A DNA stretch of 30,130 bases, from the IMG/VR virus record IMGVR_UViG_3300048558_000106, positions 1 to 30,130 of that record, one strand, 5' to 3'. The notes under the pieces are model-generated. The model did no database searches and was not told the origin of the DNA. It saw only the letters and a list, made by a program, of their open reading frames with translations. The translations under genes and the position numbers were made by a program. Every line of letters begins with the position of its first letter. Position 1 is the first letter of the stretch. Positions 23,763-30,130 of this stretch are shown here, piece after piece. The DNA comes from a virus. Lineage: Duplodnaviria; Caudoviricetes.

Positions 23763-26700
23763 CACAATCGGCAACATCACAGTTCCGGAGATCCCCGTCT
23801 CCGACACGTTCCCGATCATCCCCGAGTACCCCTACGGCCGCGCCAGCCATCCGGACGTGGCAATCCACCAGTTCGGGTCGGGCAACGCGAAGATCGAGCA
23901 GCGCTTCCTGCTGGGCACGGGTGCCAGACGGTTCACCGTGCGGCGTACGTGGATGAACGACGCGCAGCGGATCGCGCTCCGGAACTTCTGGGAATCGAAG
24001 TATGGGCCGTACGGCGCGTTCACTTACAACGCGCCCAACGACGACGGCAATGGAACGACTGCGTTTACGTGCCGGTTCGCCAACGAGCCTTTGTCCTGGC
24101 AGATGGTCGCGGACTGGGTATGCTCCGTCGGCGTGACGCTGGTCGAGATCCCCGCCAGCGATCCGGTGTACGCGCTCAACTCGACCGCGATCCGGTTCCC
24201 CTCGGGCGGCTTGCCGGCCGCTCTCCTCTCGCAGGTCCAGCAAGTAATCCCTCTCATCAAGATCCAGGCCCTCCAGGCGGCGTACCCCGCCATCTATCTC
24301 TCCGACCGGCGCTGCACAGTCGGCGCGCAACTCTACCAGGCGCGCCTAATCGACTTCGACGGCATCTCGCAGGGCATGGGCAACGAGTCCGACGACGCCT
24401 CGTTCACGTTCGGCAACGCCGATCGCGTGATGCGCGACCTCGCCAACGACGTGGACCTGTACCGTGCGGCGATCTCCTTCTCCCTGTTCCACGTCGGCCA
24501 GCGGATCAAGCTCGATCTGTGGAAGGGCGATATCGTCAACTGGACCGTGGACGCGGGGCCGGAGTTCAAGGTCACGGCGTCCGATGGCCTGTACGAACTG
24601 AACCTGCCGTATCCGACGCGGAAGATCTCCCGCACGTGCTGGAAGGCCTTCGGCTCGCAGGCCTGCCCTTATGCAAGTCACGGCGCGCTCGATCTGGTCC
24701 ACTTCCCCTCCGGCAATGCAACCAAGTGCGACAAGGGTTACGACACCGCGAATGGTTGCCTCGCGCACGGGATGAAGCGGTACTACGGCGCGATCCTCGC
24801 CGAACCGCAGGGCGTCCGGATCAAGGACAACTCGACCGGCGTGTGGGGCTTCGCGCGGTCGCCGCTCACTAGCGTGTCGCTGGTCGCGGATTCGATTTAC
24901 GACCAGGTGCTGCCGGAGATCTACACCGACACCGACATGCCGGTGAACTGCAAGGTCGCGGCGGGCCGGGACGAGAGCGACTTCTACGAGGCGCTGGGGA
25001 TCGTGGGCGAGGGGCCGCTCGTGGCGTACGCGACCCCGCGCATGGAGGACAAGGACGGCGACAGCGTCGCGGAGACTTTCGTGGGCCACACCCTCGATGG
25101 CCAGATGCACCACGGATTCCCCGCCAACAACTATGGCCTCCGCACAGTCCTCGGTGACGATCCGGCCGGCGCGACCGACTTCTTCTCGCTCGACCAATCC
25201 GGCAACCAGACGGGCGGCGACTTCCGCAAGGTGTACTCCGGCAACTCCACATACAAGGACAACTTCGCGGCGGGCACGGCGTTCGTCGTGATCCGCAAGT
25301 CGGACGCCAAGGGCCTGCAACTCTCGAAGCCTGGCGACCACGCCATCATCGCCACCGTCTCGATGGGCATGCGCGGATGGGTGTGGACAAGCCTCGGCGT
25401 CCGCGCGTACGGGCCCGCGCTCACCAACCCGGTGTGGATCGCCGTCAACATGCTGCTCCGGGCGCGTGGTATCCGGTTGGGCGCGGACGCCACGACGCAG
25501 CAGTTGAACGACGCCGAAACCTACTTCGACGTGCAGGCCGCGCTCGACGCCGCCGCCATCTGCAACCAAAGCGTGACGAAACTGGTGGGCGCGGGCAGCG
25601 AGACGCAGTTCGTGTTCCGGGGCACGTTGCAGGAGGAGAAGCCTCTGCGGGACTGGCTCCAGGAGGTTCTCATGAACTGCCTGGGCTATTACACGTTCTC
25701 GTTCGGCAAGCTCAAGATCGGCATCCGCGAGAACTCCTCCGTGGTGGAGACGTTCACGGAAGGCAACATCGTCTTCCGCAACCTGCAGCAGGCTCCGGCC
25801 AAGCCGTCGTTCAACCACCTGACCGCCAACTTCGCGGACCAGGACTTCGCGTTCGTGAACAACAGCGTGGCCGTCTACGATATCGACCACGCCTCGCAAA
25901 TCGGCGGCGGCACGGGTCCGATGTACCTGAAGTCGAGCGTCAACCTCTGCGGCACGTCCAGCAAGTCGCAGGCGGCGCGGATCGTGAGCGTCCGTCTCCG
26001 CGAGGAGTTGGGCGGCATCACCGCGACGGAGTGGAGGAAGGCCCGCCAGATCGGGTTCAAGACCACTGTGCTCGCGCTCAACACGGAACCGGGGATGGTC
26101 TGCTCGATGACCCACGACGACATGCCCGGTGGCGCCGGAGAGTTCCGTGTCGTCTCCTGGAGACTCAACAAGGATTTCAGTATCGATATCCAGGGCCGCA
26201 CGACCACGGACTCGATGTACGACCTCGTGGCGGGGCCGAAGCCCGCCGACGTGGAACCGATGCCCGTGCCGGAGGAGATCCTGTACGACACCGGGCTTCC
26301 CGGCATCGTCACCGGTACGCCGAAGCTTGGGGACTACGGAACCGTCGCGCTCGATGACATCGTGATCCAACCGGACGATTCCGGCAACGCGAATGTCGTC
26401 TCCGCGCACGAGGTCACGATGGGCCTGTACTACGTGGACGAACTGGCCGCGGATCTGTGGGCCAGCCTCGACGCCGACCTTGACAGAGACACCGACCCGG
26501 CCACCTTCGCATGCACGGTCAATCCAGACACGGCGCGCACGTTCAAGGTCGGAGACTTCGTAGTGTTCAACGACGAGGCCAAGAATCCGGACGTCGGGTA
26601 TCTGCGGTCGTATGAGTGCGCGCAGATCATCGGGCCGGGGAGCGACGGCGATGTGATGCCGGCCGGGAATTTCCAGCTCCAGCGGGCTTATCCCGGCGTC

Positions 26701-27612
26701 GATCCCGGCTTCGCCACTTTCGGCACCCTGCGGTGCGCGCACATGGCGGGCATTCGCTTCTTCAAGCTCGACATGAAGACCTTCACGTTCAGCGTCAAGA
26801 AGGGATTCTTCCGGACACCCGGCATCCCGGCGCGCGTGGAAGCGAAGCTTCCCTCGGCTTGCGTCGTGGCGATGTTGGTCGGCGTGGCCAATAACTTTGG
26901 GTACAGTCCGTTCACTGTATGGCCGATGGGCCACCACAGCGAGCCTTTCATGCCCGGAGACCGGACGTGCAACGGCGGCGCGTACACCTTCCAGATTCCC
27001 GGCGCGCTCGCGGTCGCGGACACCGTGGTCATCCCGATGCGCGTGCAGGATAGCGCCTCGATCCGGTGCATCTATGCGTACGTCCAGACGCCCACCACGG
27101 ACGGCCAAAGCGCGTACCTCGTGAAAGTGTCGCGCGACGACGGCGCGACATGGGAGGTGTTGGAGTACATGGGCATCGCTCAGATGCTTCCGGATGGCGC
27201 GAAGAACACTTACGACTTCGTGGTGAGCCAGGGGTACGGCAAGCCCGTGACGCGCCGCCTCCCGTACAACGATTTCGGCATCATCCTCGTTGAAGATGTG
27301 GTGGCCGGTCCCAGCCAGCAGACGGTCCAGACGGCGTCGTACGGCGCGTCAAGGCTGGGCTTCGATGTGGGCGAGTTCGTCCACGTGAACCTCGGGCAGG
27401 CCGACGAGGAGTACGTCCAGGTGCTCGCCGCCGACCAGGAGGCGCAGACGTTCACGGCGGTCTTCACGAAAAGCCATTCGGTCGGCGCCACTGTGCGGCC
27501 GACCATCTGGCCGACCGCGATCCTCAACGAGGGCGACAGCCTGGCGTTCGATATCCTTGGCGTCGCGTCTCCCGACGCCGGCAGCGACCTCACTGTGGTG
27601 GTCCAGACCTGA
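23755..27612 (+). CDS. Tail tip fusion: Dit-like domain + gpL-like hub (4 Cys) + gpJ-like central tail protein (1285 aa)
   Basis: aa 1-133 resemble the product of 19775-20176; CWK..CPY..CDK..C cluster; GIVGEGPL, TNPVWI, A.ICN, LQEVL..C.G, PGMV...FRVVSW motifs of gpJ/phage-tail proteins. Confidence 0.85.
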   Translation: MSDTIGNITVPEIPVSDTFPIIPEYPYGRASHPDVAIHQFGSGNAKIEQRFLLGTGARRFTVRRTWMNDAQRIALRNFWESKYGPYGAFTYNAPNDDGNGTTAFTCRFANEPLSWQMVADWVCSVGVTLVEIPASDPVYALNSTAIRFPSGGLPAALLSQVQQVIPLIKIQALQAAYPAIYLSDRRCTVGAQLYQARLIDFDGISQGMGNESDDASFTFGNADRVMRDLANDVDLYRAAISFSLFHVGQRIKLDLWKGDIVNWTVDAGPEFKVTASDGLYELNLPYPTRKISRTCWKAFGSQACPYASHGALDLVHFPSGNATKCDKGYDTANGCLAHGMKRYYGAILAEPQGVRIKDNSTGVWGFARSPLTSVSLVADSIYDQVLPEIYTDTDMPVNCKVAAGRDESDFYEALGIVGEGPLVAYATPRMEDKDGDSVAETFVGHTLDGQMHHGFPANNYGLRTVLGDDPAGATDFFSLDQSGNQTGGDFRKVYSGNSTYKDNFAAGTAFVVIRKSDAKGLQLSKPGDHAIIATVSMGMRGWVWTSLGVRAYGPALTNPVWIAVNMLLRARGIRLGADATTQQLNDAETYFDVQAALDAAAICNQSVTKLVGAGSETQFVFRGTLQEEKPLRDWLQEVLMNCLGYYTFSFGKLKIGIRENSSVVETFTEGNIVFRNLQQAPAKPSFNHLTANFADQDFAFVNNSVAVYDIDHASQIGGGTGPMYLKSSVNLCGTSSKSQAARIVSVRLREELGGITATEWRKARQIGFKTTVLALNTEPGMVCSMTHDDMPGGAGEFRVVSWRLNKDFSIDIQGRTTTDSMYDLVAGPKPADVEPMPVPEEILYDTGLPGIVTGTPKLGDYGTVALDDIVIQPDDSGNANVVSAHEVTMGLYYVDELAADLWASLDADLDRDTDPATFACTVNPDTARTFKVGDFVVFNDEAKNPDVGYLRSYECAQIIGPGSDGDVMPAGNFQLQRAYPGVDPGFATFGTLRCAHMAGIRFFKLDMKTFTFSVKKGFFRTPGIPARVEAKLPSACVVAMLVGVANNFGYSPFTVWPMGHHSEPFMPGDRTCNGGAYTFQIPGALAVADTVVIPMRVQDSASIRCIYAYVQTPTTDGQSAYLVKVSRDDGATWEVLEYMGIAQMLPDGAKNTYDFVVSQGYGKPVTRRLPYNDFGIILVEDVVAGPSQQTVQTASYGASRLGFDVGEFVHVNLGQADEEYVQVLAADQEAQTFTAVFTKSHSVGATVRPTIWPTAILNEGDSLAFDILGVASPDAGSDLTVVVQT

Positions 27613-27613
27613 C

Positions 27614-30130
27614 ATGGCCGCGGAACCGCTCCATATGTTCGACCCGCGCCGCAACTTCCAGTTGCAGGGATTCACCGGGCGCGGCGCGACGACCACGATC
27701 CACGACGCCTCCGAAACCGATGTGTCCATCTCCGGTATCTTCCAGGGTGCCGAAGACTTCGCTGTCCTGGGCCTGTACGACGCATACGATTACTATGCTC
27801 ATCTGCGGTGCAAGCACCTGCCGCGGACAGACCTGTCGGGGGTGGCGTGGTCTTTCGATATCGAGTATGACCACGATCTCGACGGCGCGATGCGACTGGA
27901 CGCCGCGAAGTACCCGTCCGTCGCGTGGGACGCGCTCACCTTCGTGTGCGGCAAGGGCGTTGCGCCCGACGATATCTACGAGGTGAAGCTCACCGGCGAG
28001 ATCCAGAATCACTATCTCGACGGCGAGGAGACGCCCGCCAAAGTCGCCGTCGAAATCTCAGGCGCTGAGATCCTCGACGGCGGGATCGACTGGCTGCATC
28101 TTCACTTCCGCGATACCCGATACACGGTCACCAGCACGGACTGCCGCGCGCAGACGCTGGCCTGGATGCCGTTCGGTCCGAACATCGACACCGAAACCGG
28201 CGTTCAGACCTACACGAAGATCGACGTGATTAGCGTCGCGGCGTTTACACCGGGCGACACGATCACGATCGAACGCACCGGGACGAACGAGGAGACCACC
28301 ACGGTCATCGAGGTCGGCGTCGATGAAGTCTCTGGACCGTACCTGCTGGCATGGGTCACCAAGTCGCACACGTCGGACGTGTATATTACGCGCGAGACGC
28401 GCGCCATCCACGTCGCGCAGAAACTTGCGGACATCATCAACACGTACGGCGCGACGGTGGCGGGCCGCTTCGGTCCCGACTACTCGCAGTCGATCAAGGG
28501 CACCGCTGGGGCGGGCAGCACATACCAGTCGGGCACGCTCTATCTGGAGTTCCTGTCGCCGGAATACCGTAAGTATTACGGCAAGCTCGGGAATCTCGAC
28601 CGCATCCTCGTGACGCACGGGCGCACCATCGGCGGCGTTCCGGACGCCCAGCAGGGTTTCTTGTGGACGGATGGCTCCGGCTATTCGCCCCGCTTCACTG
28701 GCGGCGACAACACCATCAGGCAGCGGATCTACATTAACCCGTCGCATCCTTCGGGGTTCAAGGACAAGCTCGGGCGGTTGGTTCCGATGAACGATTGCCG
28801 GAAGATTTATATGGTGCTGGCGCCGCGCTTCGAGCGCACAGAGGAGCAACTGGAGGACGGTTGCTTCCTGACTGCGCCCGTAAACACTGGCGACGCGACG
28901 TGGCAGGTGGATGACTCCTCCAAGCTCACAGGAGGCAGGTACTTCATCGGCACGCCGACGAGCGAGGAGCGGATCTTTCTCTTGGGCGTCGACTCCCCGA
29001 CTCAGATCCGGATTCAGCGCGCGTACGAAGGCTCGATTGCTGGCTCCTGGCTGGCTGGCGCCCGGTTGAAGAAGCTCTCGCCCAAGAGCGGGTTCGGTTC
29101 CGATGTGGAGTGGCGCGTGGCCCTCTCGAACTTTGCCATCGATGAGGGCGACGCCAGCCTGAAGGTGGGCGGGGGCAGTCCGCGCATCGAGGAGTCCGAA
29201 GCCCGTTGCAGGTACACCGGCTATTGGGAGGACTACAAGTACGCAACCGGCTGGCCGTCGCAGTGGTGGGCCGGTGGCCACGCCAAGCGCACTGCGCCGT
29301 CCGATGCGAACGACGAGAGGAAGGTCGTTCTGTCGTATTCGCATCCGGAAGAGCACGATCTGTATCTCGGCACGTTCCTCTACACGAACTGCGGGAAGAT
29401 CCGCGTCGATGTGGACGGTGTGACCAGCGACCACGATCTGTATCTCAGCGAGTACGAGGGCAGGGTCGCGAGCATCAAAGTGCGCGGCGGCATGGCGGCC
29501 GGAAACCACACCGTCACGATCACCGCTTTGTTCGAGAAGCACGCGAGCAGCACCGGGTACTACTTCTATTTCGATTACCTCTGGCCGATTGATCCGCAAG
29601 ACGTTCCGGACGCGCCGAAGATGTACCCCGATGTGTCCCTCGCAATCGATTTCGACACCGACCACGGCTACAAGAAGCCTCCGGCCTGGCATCTCTGGCA
29701 GCTCCAGAAGCTCGGGTTCAAGGGTCACGCCGACGTGTACATGGGCGTGTTCTGGAACAACAAGCGCCAGCGAGTCGGCGCGAGCTACCCGCACGCCACC
29801 GTCGCCTTCGCCGGGACGCCGGCGCCCGGCGACACGGTTTCCATCTCCATCGGCGGCAGCAACATCACGCATGCCATCGGGTACGGCGAGACGCTCCAGG
29901 AACTCGTGTCCCACATGCGCGCGACGATCAACGGCATGTTCGCGGGCGTGTGGGCCGACGATAACTTCGGGACGAGCACCACGCTCAGGATTCAGAGCAA
30001 GGCTCCCGGCTACACGTTCACCATCGCGGTCACCTCGGCAGTGAGCGTGTCCCTCACCTTGACGGATCACCTTGGCGCGGTTGGCACGGAAGGCGATTGG
30101 GAACTGCTCGACTCCGTGTCGCCGGTGATG
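27614..30130 (+). CDS. Large tail-associated protein, 3'-truncated by the window end (>839 aa); absent from the supplied ORF track
   Basis: ATG 1 nt after the previous stop. I read an uninterrupted frame MAAEPLHMFDPRRNFQLQGF...GDWELLDSVSPVM to the last base. It contains a jelly-roll/CBM-like segment and a DFDTDH motif. Confidence 0.9.
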   Translation, partial: MAAEPLHMFDPRRNFQLQGFTGRGATTTIHDASETDVSISGIFQGAEDFAVLGLYDAYDYYAHLRCKHLPRTDLSGVAWSFDIEYDHDLDGAMRLDAAKYPSVAWDALTFVCGKGVAPDDIYEVKLTGEIQNHYLDGEETPAKVAVEISGAEILDGGIDWLHLHFRDTRYTVTSTDCRAQTLAWMPFGPNIDTETGVQTYTKIDVISVAAFTPGDTITIERTGTNEETTTVIEVGVDEVSGPYLLAWVTKSHTSDVYITRETRAIHVAQKLADIINTYGATVAGRFGPDYSQSIKGTAGAGSTYQSGTLYLEFLSPEYRKYYGKLGNLDRILVTHGRTIGGVPDAQQGFLWTDGSGYSPRFTGGDNTIRQRIYINPSHPSGFKDKLGRLVPMNDCRKIYMVLAPRFERTEEQLEDGCFLTAPVNTGDATWQVDDSSKLTGGRYFIGTPTSEERIFLLGVDSPTQIRIQRAYEGSIAGSWLAGARLKKLSPKSGFGSDVEWRVALSNFAIDEGDASLKVGGGSPRIEESEARCRYTGYWEDYKYATGWPSQWWAGGHAKRTAPSDANDERKVVLSYSHPEEHDLYLGTFLYTNCGKIRVDVDGVTSDHDLYLSEYEGRVASIKVRGGMAAGNHTVTITALFEKHASSTGYYFYFDYLWPIDPQDVPDAPKMYPDVSLAIDFDTDHGYKKPPAWHLWQLQKLGFKGHADVYMGVFWNNKRQRVGASYPHATVAFAGTPAPGDTVSISIGGSNITHAIGYGETLQELVSHMRATINGMFAGVWADDNFGTSTTLRIQSKAPGYTFTIAVTSAVSVSLTLTDHLGAVGTEGDWELLDSVSPVM

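Larger units (their letters stand above)
1..30130 (+). mobile_element. Lambda-like siphovirus/prophage late region (packaging, head, tail); boundaries lie outside the window
   Basis: Canonical order terS-terL(GpA)-gpW-portal-protease/capsid-decoration-neck-tube-chaperone(frameshift)-tape measure-tail tip, with tightly coupled genes and many ATGA overlaps. No contractile sheath or baseplate wedge genes seen. Confidence 0.97.

Noticed and set aside
20188-30130. Diversity-generating retroelement or invertible tail-fibre switch
   Set aside because: No reverse transcriptase, invertase or long near-identical nucleotide repeat (TR/VR) was seen by eye in this window.

Overview
The whole window is the late (packaging and virion) region of a high-GC, lambda-like, long non-contractile-tailed temperate phage or prophage, almost all on the + strand. 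It opens with small unknown ORFs, a candidate cos site (~650-860) and a membrane protein. Two ParB-fused DNA methyltransferases follow (SPPY type, then DPPY type), with small ORFs between and after them. Next come two minus-strand genes (one DUF3489-like) that share a duplicated promoter box. The head module is TerS, GpA-type TerL, gpW-like joiner, lambda-type portal, protease-major capsid fusion and a DUF2190-like decoration protein with a fibre-like extension. The tail module is the neck genes, tail tube, tail chaperone with a -1 frameshift, tape measure, Dit-like protein, a five-gene putative fibre cassette, an M15-type peptidase and a 1285-aa Dit/hub/tail-tip fusion. The window ends inside a >839-aa ORF (27614 onward) that the supplied ORF track misses. 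No integrase, att site, rRNA, tRNA or CRISPR array was seen. The most unusual features are the duplicated Dit-like domain, the fibre cassette with a 20-aa-repeat 'ruler' protein, the methylase/antisense island between the candidate cos and terS, and a frameshift-split small gene. All family assignments come from motif recognition and gene order; no database search was run.
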